From positions 10,225-74,224 of the forward strand of contig PLMK01000006.1 of NCBI GenBank assembly GCA_003142475.1: a stretch of 64,000 nucleotides of DNA, in the 5' to 3' direction. The DNA is from Ignavibacteriota bacterium (GTDB lineage Bacteria > Bacteroidota > Ignavibacteria > UBA10030). Position 1 is the stretch's first letter, and each line of letters opens with the position of its first letter. The position numbers were made by a program, and so were the translations under genes. Below, piece by piece: positions 10,146 through 20,326 of this stretch. The notes beneath the pieces were generated by a model. That model ran no database searches. It worked only from the letters and a program-made list of their open reading frames with translations, and had not been told where the DNA came from.

Positions 10146-12959
10146 TCAAAAAGTCCCAGGACGTATTGTATAAGTTACTGTCAGCATTACGTAATTGGTC
10201 AATATTTTTGATCGCGTGTCTTCAATATATGCCGATGTCACTGTGTGCGATATAGAACTGTTCTGATGCAATACGTCAAAGGCGTTGAGGGCAATTTCAA
10301 GACTTTGATTCTTTAATAATTTTTTGGCAATACCGAGATTCCAGAGAATATAATGCTGGTCCTCCGATGTGCCTTCCGCATCGTATAATTGACGAGTCAA
10401 ATCACTTCGCATTATAATTCCATTCCACACATTAATGTTTGTTCTGAGGTTTGCATTGTGCTGATAATAATGCGTATTCAGACTGGATTCTTCGGTGTTT
10501 CTAGAATAGGTTAATGTATAATTATACATCAGCGTAAAATCGATATCCTCATTAATATTACTGGCTAGTACGACCCCCTGATTTAAACCATATGCTTGAG
10601 AATAATTCAAAACAGTATTAGTTACAGCTGGCATGCGTGCGTACGACAATCCAGTATTGATATTAAAATTGCATTGAATCCAATCAAGGGGGATACCATA
10701 GGAACACATAGAGTTTACGTTGTAATGACCATTCACATTGACCGGCATAGTTAATTGTGTCCCCTTGTTCAATATTGTGCCATTACTTAAAGTTGTATCG
10801 TGAGAAAAGAGATACGTCGAAGAAGCGATATAATGGTTAGTTGTGCGAACATTAAGCATAACAAAAAGGGAACTGCCATTTATGATATTGTTGAAAGAAT
10901 AATGCAGCATCAACTCGTGCGAGTAGCTTTGAGAAAGGCTTGGATTTCCGGATGTTAACATTGTGGATTTAGTATTATCCATTACATTTTGTAATTGACT
11001 GATAGAGGGTGACGCTGTCGAAGTCTTGTACATTAAATGGAATGAAATAGAAGAAGATGGCTTGTACATCATCAACACCATAGGCAAAATATTTGAATAA
11101 TCTCTGCTCAAAGAAAAAATTGCAGGGAATGTGTAATCGCCGCGCAAAGATGCTCGTTGAAAAGCGACATCTGCTATAAAATTCATTCTTTTCGTTTTCC
11201 CGCGATAGCCAAAACCAATTTGCTGTGTCACGTAGTCGCTGCTCAAGACATTTGACAACGAATCCTTTAAAAGGTTGTACTGCTGGTCATTTGGATCATA
11301 ATCATATACTTTTCTGTCAGACTCGTTCTTTGTTACCAACATATTATAGTTTAATTGAAATAAGTGATGTTCTCCAAATGGTTCTGTGTAGGAGATACTT
11401 GATCCTAGATTTCTCCCAGGAGAACAAGAAATAGTTTTTTGATTTGTTGAATCGCTTTTCGCGATTGTATTATCATAGTAAGTTGTAAGGGATTGTGTCA
11501 ATCCATCGGATTGTGTCCGGTCGGTGTTGAAACGCACTTGGGCTACCAATGTTCGCCCTTGAAGATTGAACAGATGTCTATAAAGTGCAGAGGTTTCAAG
11601 ATTATATCCCTTTGAATTGGTCGACGATTTTACTTGAGCATTATTGATCGGGCTCCCATCAGGCATATTCATATATGAAGAAGAACTGCTTGACGCATCA
11701 TTGGATTGAGTACTCAATCGCGGATCAACAATAATTGTATTGAGCGAATCGATTTTATACTCCACCCGCATTTGAAGGCGGTGGTTATAATTATTGTTAT
11801 CAGTGTTGCTTTTTTCGTGATAAAGTTGATTTCCATTCGAACCAATTCCAAACTGACGATCAATAGTAATATCGTTGTCGTTCTTAATGATATTGCCAAA
11901 ATAATTTCCTGTTGTATACACGTCTTTTGCTAACTGGTTGCCGTAATTTAACCCGAACGAATGCACAGTGTTATCGCCGCTTTGTTGTCCGATAGAGTTC
12001 GATCCTTCGCCCGGAGGTCTGCCGTTTTCCCCGCCGGGACTTCCGCCTGCCCCGTTATTCATTATACCTAACATATCCTGTACAGCAAAATTTTGTTGAT
12101 TAATATCATTACTCGAAGCGATGATGGAATATCGTTCATCACCGTTAAACACGTTAAACATGGTGCCAGCGAGATATTTATCACCGCCATACCCACCATA
12201 TATTTTTCCGAATTCTCCATGCCGACGATCTTCTTTTGTAACAACATTCATAGTTTTTGTCGATTGGCCGTCGTCAAATTTTGTTAATTCTGCCTGATCG
12301 CTCAATTTGTTGTACACCTGAATATTGTCCACCATATCTGCCGGAAGATTACGCAGTGCAATCATTGGGTCACTTCCAAAAAACTCTTTCCCATCCACAA
12401 ACACTTGTTTGATTTCCTCTCCCTGCACTTTCACTGTTTTATCTTCCACGGTAATACCTGGAAGCTTTTTCACCAAATCTTCAATTGTTGCGTCAGGATT
12501 TGTTCGGAATGCTCCTGCATTAAATTGGATCGTGTCGTGGTGCTGTTCTACAGTCGGTAATTGTGCCACAACATCAACGCTTTGCATGAGGACAGGCTGC
12601 TGGATGAGTACAATTGTTCCAACATGTTCATGGGCACTTTGTACGGGAATATCTATTTTTGATTCACGAAATCCAACGCATGAAACTTTAAGGAGATATC
12701 GTGCATACGGTATATTGTTAAACTGAAAATATCCCTGTTCGTTAGTGGCAGTACTATAGCGAACATCAGAAGTATTATTACGCATTAAAAGAACGGTAAC
12801 ATGTTCTAACGGAGCACGGTTAATAGTGTCAATAACAATTCCTGTTAACGATGCTTCTTGTGCAACGAGGAAAACCGGCAGGAATACTAATCCTATGACA
12901 CATATCGCTACATTGTTTTTTCGAACACCTTGATAATTTCTTTTTGATGCTGGTATCAT
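10146..12959 (-). CDS. TonB-dependent receptor-like outer membrane beta-barrel with N-terminal carboxypeptidase-regulatory-like domain
   Basis: Signal peptide; GIVIDT...TNEQGYFQF...SCVGF; EDLVKKLPGITV...VDGKEFFG plug region; terminal Phe. Confidence 0.8.
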   Translation of the reverse strand: MIPASKRNYQGVRKNNVAICVIGLVFLPVFLVAQEASLTGIVIDTINRAPLEHVTVLLMRNNTSDVRYSTATNEQGYFQFNNIPYARYLLKVSCVGFRESKIDIPVQSAHEHVGTIVLIQQPVLMQSVDVVAQLPTVEQHHDTIQFNAGAFRTNPDATIEDLVKKLPGITVEDKTVKVQGEEIKQVFVDGKEFFGSDPMIALRNLPADMVDNIQVYNKLSDQAELTKFDDGQSTKTMNVVTKEDRRHGEFGKIYGGYGGDKYLAGTMFNVFNGDERYSIIASSNDINQQNFAVQDMLGIMNNGAGGSPGGENGRPPGEGSNSIGQQSGDNTVHSFGLNYGNQLAKDVYTTGNYFGNIIKNDNDITIDRQFGIGSNGNQLYHEKSNTDNNNYNHRLQMRVEYKIDSLNTIIVDPRLSTQSNDASSSSSSYMNMPDGSPINNAQVKSSTNSKGYNLETSALYRHLFNLQGRTLVAQVRFNTDRTQSDGLTQSLTTYYDNTIAKSDSTNQKTISCSPGRNLGSSISYTEPFGEHHLFQLNYNMLVTKNESDRKVYDYDPNDQQYNLLKDSLSNVLSSDYVTQQIGFGYRGKTKRMNFIADVAFQRASLRGDYTFPAIFSLSRDYSNILPMVLMMYKPSSSISFHLMYKTSTASPSISQLQNVMDNTKSTMLTSGNPSLSQSYSHELMLHYSFNNIINGSSLFVMLNVRTTNHYIASSTYLFSHDTTLSNGTILNKGTQLTMPVNVNGHYNVNSMCSYGIPLDWIQCNFNINTGLSYARMPAVTNTVLNYSQAYGLNQGVVLASNINEDIDFTLMYNYTLTYSRNTEESSLNTHYYQHNANLRTNINVWNGIIMRSDLTRQLYDAEGTSEDQHYILWNLGIAKKLLKNQSLEIALNAFDVLHQNSSISHTVTSAYIEDTRSKILTNYVMLTVTYTIRPGTF

Positions 12960-13030
12960 TATTCAATGATATTTGTGATGAAATAATTACAGTATCTCGA
13001 CTACAGTAATGTAAAGTATTCTTGAAATGT

Positions 13031-13089
13031 TGAGTTAAAATGAGGATAAATATTTGCTAAAGATGAAAAGAGTTTGTTAAGAGTGTTAA
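13031..13089. promoter_or_regulatory. Phased direct-repeat operator, copy 2, in the divergent receptor / histidine kinase intergenic region
   Basis: Same six pentamers and same spacing as 8777-8835. Confidence 0.75.
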
Positions 13090-13130
13090 AAAACAATGAA
13101 GAAGAATAAATGGATGTGTATATTTGAATT

Positions 13131-14837
13131 ATGAAACTCCTGCAAACATACGGTAGTGCAGTTATCATTGTTGTCATTGCCATGGTGATCATACTTCCGC
13201 TTCTCGCTTATTTACAATACACATGGCTTGGTCAAATAAGCGAACAAGAATATGAACGGATGAAACAAAATTTGCAGACTACTGCATTTCATTGTTCCAT
13301 GGATTTCAGCCGTGAAATAACAGACTTAATGAAATCCCTTGGTGGAACACTTATCGGCTCCGACGATGACGTAGAAAAGACATTGCACGAGAGAATTATA
13401 AAGTGGCAAACAATATCCACATATCCTGCGATTGTTTCCACAGAAATCAAGATCGGTTCTTCGCCTTCTCCTGAACAGACTGTTCAGATCAAAGCGGACG
13501 AAGAATCAATGCTTTTTCTATTTAAAGATTTATCCGCAATGGCTATACCAATTAAGAACCGATCTCATGAAGTTGTCTTAGTACCATTAAATCTTGAATA
13601 TATTTCATCTTCAATTCTGCCAAAGATTATAAAAACAAATTTTTCATCGATTACTAGATCTGAATATGATATCGTTATCATCAATGACAAAGGAAATCAT
13701 ATTTACAATTCAGTTGATACAACGAAGCATGATATTCTTCAGAAAGCCGATCTTGTTATTCCATTTTTAACCTTCCCGCAAGTGCCGCCGCTTTCTTCGA
13801 TGCCGCCCGATCGACCGATTCTTAATCGAATGCATCTATACCGAGAGAATCCGCCTGAACCATTTGAACGAAATCCGAGAGAACTCGAGCGCAGATATGA
13901 CCTTCCTCCCCCACAAGGAAATATGATGCCAAGGGAAGAGGAAAGAAGATTGAGAGAACGTGGATTATTCGAGATGCAGTTGAAACATCGTGAGGGTTCT
14001 TTAGAAATAGCAGTAAATAAAAATCGACTGCGAAATTTCGGAATTAGTTTCGGTGTTTTGATTTTACTCGGAGCAAGCATTGTCTTTCTTCTTCTTTCTA
14101 CAAATAGAGCACGGCGTCTTGCGCAACAGCAATTGGAATTCGTTGCCGGCATCTCACACGAACTGCGAACACCTCTCGCTGTTCTGAAATCAGCAGGCGA
14201 GAATCTTGCAGACGGCGTCATTCAGGAAAAAGACCGCACACGGAAATATGGAGAGCTTATTAAAAATGAAGTTATTCGTCTTTCCGATATGGTCGAAAAG
14301 GCATTAGCATATGCCGGTATCCACTCTGGAAAACAAAACTATGAACTGCGTTCTATCGATATTACACCTATCATTACAGAAGCGATACAAAATGCAAAAA
14401 AACTCTTGCCATCGTATAATTTTAAGGCCGATACAGTTATTGATCTAAATCTTCCACAAGTGCTTGGAGATGCAACTGCATTACAATCAGCAATAGAGAA
14501 CCTAATCGTCAACGGGATAAAATATAGCTTAGAAAAGAAGTGGATCAATATCGAAGCACATCAAGTGAAAAACTCAAATGGATCGTTTGTAGAAATCAAA
14601 GTTATAGATCGCGGTATCGGTATTGCAGCGGCAGATTTTTCCCACATTTTCAAACCTTTTTATCGAGGCCAAAATGCAATAGAAGGACAAATACAGGGCA
14701 GTGGCCTTGGATTGAGTATAACAAGACATATTATTGAATTGCATGGAGGAACAATTTCTATAAAAAGTTCGCCTAATGAAGGAAGTGTATTTACAATTCT
14801 CCTTCCTTCAATAATACAGGATGAAGAAAGTAAATGA
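13131..14837 (+). CDS. Membrane sensor histidine kinase
   Basis: Two TM segments; H-box FVAGISHELRTPL; N-box NLIVNGIKYS; DRGIGI and GSGLGLSI G-boxes. Confidence 0.95.
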   Translation: MKLLQTYGSAVIIVVIAMVIILPLLAYLQYTWLGQISEQEYERMKQNLQTTAFHCSMDFSREITDLMKSLGGTLIGSDDDVEKTLHERIIKWQTISTYPAIVSTEIKIGSSPSPEQTVQIKADEESMLFLFKDLSAMAIPIKNRSHEVVLVPLNLEYISSSILPKIIKTNFSSITRSEYDIVIINDKGNHIYNSVDTTKHDILQKADLVIPFLTFPQVPPLSSMPPDRPILNRMHLYRENPPEPFERNPRELERRYDLPPPQGNMMPREEERRLRERGLFEMQLKHREGSLEIAVNKNRLRNFGISFGVLILLGASIVFLLLSTNRARRLAQQQLEFVAGISHELRTPLAVLKSAGENLADGVIQEKDRTRKYGELIKNEVIRLSDMVEKALAYAGIHSGKQNYELRSIDITPIITEAIQNAKKLLPSYNFKADTVIDLNLPQVLGDATALQSAIENLIVNGIKYSLEKKWINIEAHQVKNSNGSFVEIKVIDRGIGIAAADFSHIFKPFYRGQNAIEGQIQGSGLGLSITRHIIELHGGTISIKSSPNEGSVFTILLPSIIQDEESK

Positions 14838-15535
14838 TCTCAGGCCAAAAGAGAATTCTTTTAGTAGAAGATGAAACCGGCTTAGTGTTGACATTGACAG
14901 ATAGACTTTCAAGCGAAGGATATGCAGTTACACATGCTGGTGATGGAGAAAAAGGTGAGAAGCTCGCATCCGAAGGACATTTTGATGTAATTCTTCTTGA
15001 TGTGATGCTGCCGAAAAAGAACGGATTTGATATTATCAGGGATCTGCGTAAGCGAGGAGTCACCACGCCAGTTTTGATGCTAACCGCTCGGGGGCAACTA
15101 AACGAAAAGGTTGTCGGGTTGAAACTTGGTGCTGATGATTATCTCACGAAACCTTTCGAAACGCTTGAACTGCTTGCACGAATAGAATCACTCTTGCGGC
15201 GGCATGCACCGGTAATTATTCCTATCTTGGAACTTGCGTCATATTCTTTTGGATTATTTAAAATTGATTTTATAAAGATGGAAATAAAGCGCAAAGGCAA
15301 ACTGATCGAACTCTCAGCACGCGAATTTCTGCTACTTCGATACTTCATCGAACATCGCGGCAGTGTCTTATCCCGCGAAACTATTCTTAACGATGTGTGG
15401 GGTTATGATGCAATGCCCACCACAAGAACTATCGACACTCACATTACTTGGCTTCGGCAAAAATTAGAAGAGAATCCAAAATTTCCTAAGTACATTCTCA
15501 CAGTTCATGGATTCGGATACAAGTTTGTTGGATAA
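14834..15535 (+). CDS. OmpR/PhoB-family response regulator
   Basis: ILLVEDE, LLDVMLP, LTAR, GADDYLTKPF receiver; winged helix RTIDTHITWLRQKLE...TVHGFGYKF; 4-bp overlap with the kinase. Confidence 0.95.
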   Translation: MISGQKRILLVEDETGLVLTLTDRLSSEGYAVTHAGDGEKGEKLASEGHFDVILLDVMLPKKNGFDIIRDLRKRGVTTPVLMLTARGQLNEKVVGLKLGADDYLTKPFETLELLARIESLLRRHAPVIIPILELASYSFGLFKIDFIKMEIKRKGKLIELSAREFLLLRYFIEHRGSVLSRETILNDVWGYDAMPTTRTIDTHITWLRQKLEENPKFPKYILTVHGFGYKFVG

Positions 15536-15754
15536 TCCCCAATCCAAACTAGTACAATAAAAACATACAAGGAGTTTTTTCGATACGTTTGGCTTAGTAC
15601 TATTGATTTGCAGGTTTAAATCAAAGGTTCATCAGTCCACAACAATCAGAAGTGGCATTTGCGATGACAATATACGAAATTGTATTAATCAGTAACTAAA
15701 ACGAGATTCATCATTCAAAGAAAAATTCATATTGTAACACTCGTTGCAACCTTT

Positions 15755-17260
15755 TTGTTGTTATTTGTCCAATGTTCCTTGTCTGCACAGCAACAAAAGA
15801 AGCCACAGGCGTTCCGGAGCACAGACGTTGAATCAATACCACTCGTTCTTCCCTCCACTCTTGATCTCCAGTTACTCGAAGAATTCGTTCTAATGCAGAA
15901 AGCAAATGCTGGCGAATCACCAGCACAGCATGAATTGGGATTACGCTATTTATTCGGTAAAGGATTTCCAGCCGATACCGCAAAAGCATCTTATTGGATT
16001 CAAAAAGCTGCAGATCAACACCTGCCGCCTGCGCAATTTAACCTGGGTATTTTACTAATGAATGGTCGCGGAGTTGAGTGGAATCCTTTTGAGGCATTCA
16101 AACAGTTTCGTGCCGCCGCCGAACAAGATATACCAGAAGCGCTTTATGTGACGGGACTAATGTACACTGAAGAACTTATTGTACCGCGGAGCTGGCCAAA
16201 AGCTTACGGCTTTTTTAAAAAGGCATCTGAACTCGGATCAGATGCCGCAAAGGTTACAAAGAAAGAAATGGAACGACGTGGGCTGGATAAGATAGACACT
16301 TTGGATATTATGGCGCCCAGAAAGGAACATCCGAAGAACAATACGACTCGGTCGATGCCAATCGATACAGGATCCAGTCTTTTGTTCATTGATTTCCACA
16401 CCGACACAACTTCAACTATTGAAGATACAACTCTTATTCGTGAAGCGTACCAAGGAATTGATACTCTCTCTCAATCGACAACCACTGAAAAGAACACGAC
16501 AGCAAGTCTGGACCCTAGCATTCAATCGTTATTGTCAAAAGTAGCAAAGTCTGGAAATCCGGAAGCACTTTGTCTGCTTGGACGTTGTTATGAACGTGGA
16601 CTAAATGTTCGCAAGGATATTATTCTTGCAGGTGTGTATTACTTGCGTGCTTTTATTCTTAACTCATATCGAGCACCGGCGTTGCTTTGGAAGTTGATGA
16701 ATACAGTAGAATTTGCCCGTGAACTTGAATTACGATCCTCAAAAAACGACCCAGATGCACTTTATCTGTGGTCTGGGATAACATCTATCGGTTTCAGTAA
16801 GCTGTTGAATGAGAAACAGGCATTCGATCTTCTCCAACGTGCGGCGGCGGCGGGACAATTGCCCGCGATGGTAGAATTAGGATCGTGTTACCTCACTGGA
16901 CGATGGGTTCAACAGGATCGTGATAAAGCAATTGAGTTATGGAATCGCGCCTCTCGATTAGGCAGTGTTGAGGCAGATATTCGTCTTGCGGGAGCAAATC
17001 TATTAGGCCAAATTCATACGGAAGAAATAGATTCTGCGTTGTTTGTTCTCCGAGTTACATCTCAAAATGGTTCATTGCTTTCGGATTTGACGCTAGCACA
17101 TTGCTATGAAAAAGGAATTGGATTGACACAGAACAAAGGTGAGGCGTACCGCATCTTTCATAAATCAATGCTGAGAGGAAGTGAGACAGCATTTCGTGCT
17201 CTTCGCAGTATGCATGATGAAATACGTCCCTCTACACAAGAATTTCAAATGCCAGACTGA
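15755..17260 (+). CDS. Exported Sel1-like repeat protein (true start may be upstream, near 15701)
   Basis: Repeated AQ..LG..Y..G.G....D...A..W...AA Sel1 units. Confidence 0.85.
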   Translation: MLLFVQCSLSAQQQKKPQAFRSTDVESIPLVLPSTLDLQLLEEFVLMQKANAGESPAQHELGLRYLFGKGFPADTAKASYWIQKAADQHLPPAQFNLGILLMNGRGVEWNPFEAFKQFRAAAEQDIPEALYVTGLMYTEELIVPRSWPKAYGFFKKASELGSDAAKVTKKEMERRGLDKIDTLDIMAPRKEHPKNNTTRSMPIDTGSSLLFIDFHTDTTSTIEDTTLIREAYQGIDTLSQSTTTEKNTTASLDPSIQSLLSKVAKSGNPEALCLLGRCYERGLNVRKDIILAGVYYLRAFILNSYRAPALLWKLMNTVEFARELELRSSKNDPDALYLWSGITSIGFSKLLNEKQAFDLLQRAAAAGQLPAMVELGSCYLTGRWVQQDRDKAIELWNRASRLGSVEADIRLAGANLLGQIHTEEIDSALFVLRVTSQNGSLLSDLTLAHCYEKGIGLTQNKGEAYRIFHKSMLRGSETAFRALRSMHDEIRPSTQEFQMPD

Positions 17261-17334
17261 AACTGAATAAAGACTGAGAAGAAAGAACTCTTGAAGGAAC
17301 CCTGTAAGGATATCACACCTCAATCTCCGCTAAT

Positions 17335-17432
17335 AGATCTACCGAAGGAATAAAATTCCAACTCCGGCAACTGCCGTACACGCTCCAATGATAGCACGCC
17401 AAGAGAGCTTCTCGTGAAATAGAATCCATACA
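17335..17432 (-). repeat. 98-bp direct repeat, copy A: orphan duplicate of the EamA gene 3' end
   Basis: 90/98 identical to 20308-20405; encodes VWILFHEKLSWRAIIGACTAVAGVGILFLR-stop on the minus strand. Confidence 0.95.
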
Positions 17433-17503
17433 TTGATTCTTGTTCACCGTTATATTAGATTAATACTTAGTGTGATTCATTTCATTCATTAATAAATACG
17501 GCT

Positions 17504-20326
17504 ATGCAAAAAATTAATGTGATAGTAATGAGAATAGCGCTTCTATTTCTTGCGTCATTATTTACTATTTTTAGCACAATTGCCCAAACTGAGAAAATGG
17601 CATTTAAAAGCCTGACTACAAGCATGGGTTTGTCTCATGGAGATGTGTTGTGCTTTTATCAGGACCATGACGGTTATATTTGGATCGGTACGACGGATGG
17701 TTTAAACAAATATGATGGTGTCGGATTTACTGTATACAAAAATAATCAAAAAGATTCCACTTCTTTAATAAGTAGTTACATTAACTGTATATATGAAGAC
17801 AAACAAAATAATCTCTGGATTGGATTACAAGACGGTTTATGCAGATATGACCGGGATAAAAATAATTTCGAGAGAATATCCTTCATTGATATTCACGATA
17901 ACAAATTTGGTAATTCTGTAAATCAAATATTTGAAGACAATAGTAAGGGGTTGTGGGTTGGATGCAGTGAAGGAGTATATTTATTTAACAGGGAAAATAA
18001 AAGATTTACTGCCTGCTTTAAGGATTCTTCCAACATAAATACTTTAATGAATTGTTCCGGTATATGCCAGGATAAAGACGGGATGCTTTGGTTCTCTTTT
18101 ACGCATGCTCCTAACCTTGGTATCATACAATACAATGCGGTAACAAATACGGCAATCCAATATAGCACACAAAATCCTCTATATAAATTAAGGGAAAATT
18201 CTGTCAATTGCTTAATGGTTGATAACCAAAATAATATTTGGGTTGGTCATATTTCAAGCGGCATTGAGGTAATCAATTTACGAACAAAAACAATTACCAG
18301 CTATCAGACTATTGTCAATAATCATAATTCTTTAAGCAATAACAATATTTTTTCGATGGCACAGAATAAGGATGGGAAAATACTTATCGGTACGAATGGA
18401 GGAGGTATAAGTGTTTTCGATCCCAGCACAAAATTATTCTGCCAATACACTGCATCGGAATCCGATCGGTCATTATTAAGTAATGTCATTCAAAGAATAT
18501 ACATTAGTCGCGATGGTATGGTGTGGATTGGATGTTGGGGGGCCGGCGTAAGCATTTATGATAAGCGCTTTGAACGGTTTGCACTATATAGACAAAATAA
18601 AGAAGACATAAATTCTTTAGATGGTAGCTCGGTTACGTGTTTTACACAAGATTTAAATGGAAATATATGGATAGCGACAGATGGCGGCGGAATTAATTCA
18701 TTTAATCCGTCTACAGGAAACTTCACAAGACACAGAAGCGATAGTAAAAATCCTCTGACGTTAACCAACAACAAGGTTTTGGCGCTCAATAAAGATAATA
18801 AGGGCGGTTTGTGGGCAGGTATGTGGCAGGGCGGATTAAACTATTTTAAAATAGACGGTGATAAACTTATTTTAAAGAAGAAATACAATTTTGTTGATGA
18901 AAACGATTTGACCAGTAATAGTATTTTTAATATTTATTTTAATAAAGACAATGAACTCTGGGTAGGAAATTATTTAAGCGGGGCATATAAATATGATCCC
19001 TCTACTGAAAAATTTAAATCCATAAAATTTATTTCAGGAGCAATTACGTACATTTCAATAAGGGATATTTTATGTGATTCCTACAACGACGTATGGTTTG
19101 CCTCTGATACTTATGGTTTAACAAGGATGAACCGTGAATCCGGAGAAATTGACAGATTTATGCATGACGAAAAAGATAGCACCAGCTTGATTAAAAACTC
19201 AATAAATGTTGTTTTTGAAGACAGCAAAAAACGTTTATGGGTTAGTGGTGATGGAGATGGATTGAATCTTTTTAACCGTAAAACTAAATCTTTTACACAT
19301 TATACTACTGAACAGGGATTGCCTGATAATTCACTTGTGGGGATATTGGAAGATGAACATGGTAATCTATGGATTAGCAGCCATAATGGTATTTCAAAGG
19401 CAACCATCGATTCAACAAATTCAATAAATGGAAAACTAGATCTTACATTCAGGAATTATACGGTTCAGGATGGATTACAAGGTAAAGTTTTTAATCGCTG
19501 GGCTTATTATAAAAGCAGAACAGGTGAAATGTATTTTGGCGGGCTTAATGGTTTCAACGTGTTTCATCCGGATAGTATAAAAGATAATAGTTATATACCC
19601 CCGGTCCATATTACTGATTTTTTACTGTTCAATAAACCAGTGATCATTGGAGCAAAAGGCTCGCCCCTGCAAAAGCATATTTCGCAAACAAAAAAATTGG
19701 TGTTAAATTATGACCAAACCAACTTTACATTTAAGTTTATTGCATTAAATTATATTTTCAGCGAAAAGAACCAATATGCTTATATAATGGAAGGTTTTGA
19801 GAAAGACTGGAATTATGTAGGAAATAAGAAAGAGGCTGTTTACACGAACCTTGACCCGGGTGAATATACATTCAGAGTCAAGGCTTCCAACAACGATGGT
19901 ATCTGGAACGAAGAAGGGACTTCAATCAAAATCATTATTCTGCCTCCGTGGTGGAACACCTGGTGGTTCTATAGCTTTATACTGGTTGTGATGATAGGAT
20001 TCGTGTTTGGTCTGTACCGATGGCGTGTTTGGCAACTCTTAGCAAGAGAAAAAATGTTAAAAGCCAATGTTAAAGAAGCCGTGGCAAAAATCAAAGTGCT
20101 AAACGGTCTTATCCCCATTTGTGCAAGCTGCAAGAAAATACGCGATGACAAAGGATATTGGGATCAGTTAGAAGGATATATCCAGAGTCACTCAGAAGCT
20201 AAATTTAGTCATGGTGTTTGTCCGGAGTGTGCTGAAAAGTTATATGGTGACTTTTATAAAAAAATGAAAAATCAACAAGATGTGACTTCCGCAATATCAC
20301 TGCCGCCAGATCTACCTAAGGAATAA
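17504..20326 (+). CDS. Two-component-regulator beta-propeller / Y_Y_Y sensor with TM helix and C-terminal Cys/His putative Zn-binding domain; no kinase domain
   Basis: Many D..G..W.G...GL repeats; YTNLDPGEYTFRVKASNNDGIWN; PPWWNTWWF TM; LIPICASCKKIRDDKGYW...FSHGVCPEC. Confidence 0.85.
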   Translation: MQKINVIVMRIALLFLASLFTIFSTIAQTEKMAFKSLTTSMGLSHGDVLCFYQDHDGYIWIGTTDGLNKYDGVGFTVYKNNQKDSTSLISSYINCIYEDKQNNLWIGLQDGLCRYDRDKNNFERISFIDIHDNKFGNSVNQIFEDNSKGLWVGCSEGVYLFNRENKRFTACFKDSSNINTLMNCSGICQDKDGMLWFSFTHAPNLGIIQYNAVTNTAIQYSTQNPLYKLRENSVNCLMVDNQNNIWVGHISSGIEVINLRTKTITSYQTIVNNHNSLSNNNIFSMAQNKDGKILIGTNGGGISVFDPSTKLFCQYTASESDRSLLSNVIQRIYISRDGMVWIGCWGAGVSIYDKRFERFALYRQNKEDINSLDGSSVTCFTQDLNGNIWIATDGGGINSFNPSTGNFTRHRSDSKNPLTLTNNKVLALNKDNKGGLWAGMWQGGLNYFKIDGDKLILKKKYNFVDENDLTSNSIFNIYFNKDNELWVGNYLSGAYKYDPSTEKFKSIKFISGAITYISIRDILCDSYNDVWFASDTYGLTRMNRESGEIDRFMHDEKDSTSLIKNSINVVFEDSKKRLWVSGDGDGLNLFNRKTKSFTHYTTEQGLPDNSLVGILEDEHGNLWISSHNGISKATIDSTNSINGKLDLTFRNYTVQDGLQGKVFNRWAYYKSRTGEMYFGGLNGFNVFHPDSIKDNSYIPPVHITDFLLFNKPVIIGAKGSPLQKHISQTKKLVLNYDQTNFTFKFIALNYIFSEKNQYAYIMEGFEKDWNYVGNKKEAVYTNLDPGEYTFRVKASNNDGIWNEEGTSIKIIILPPWWNTWWFYSFILVVMIGFVFGLYRWRVWQLLAREKMLKANVKEAVAKIKVLNGLIPICASCKKIRDDKGYWDQLEGYIQSHSEAKFSHGVCPECAEKLYGDFYKKMKNQQDVTSAISLPPDLPKE

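Noticed and set aside
17267..17353. Short plus-strand frame ending DITPQSPLIDLPKE as a remnant of a sensor paralog
   Set aside because: The DLPKE match comes from the repeat itself; similarity upstream of the repeat is too weak to support
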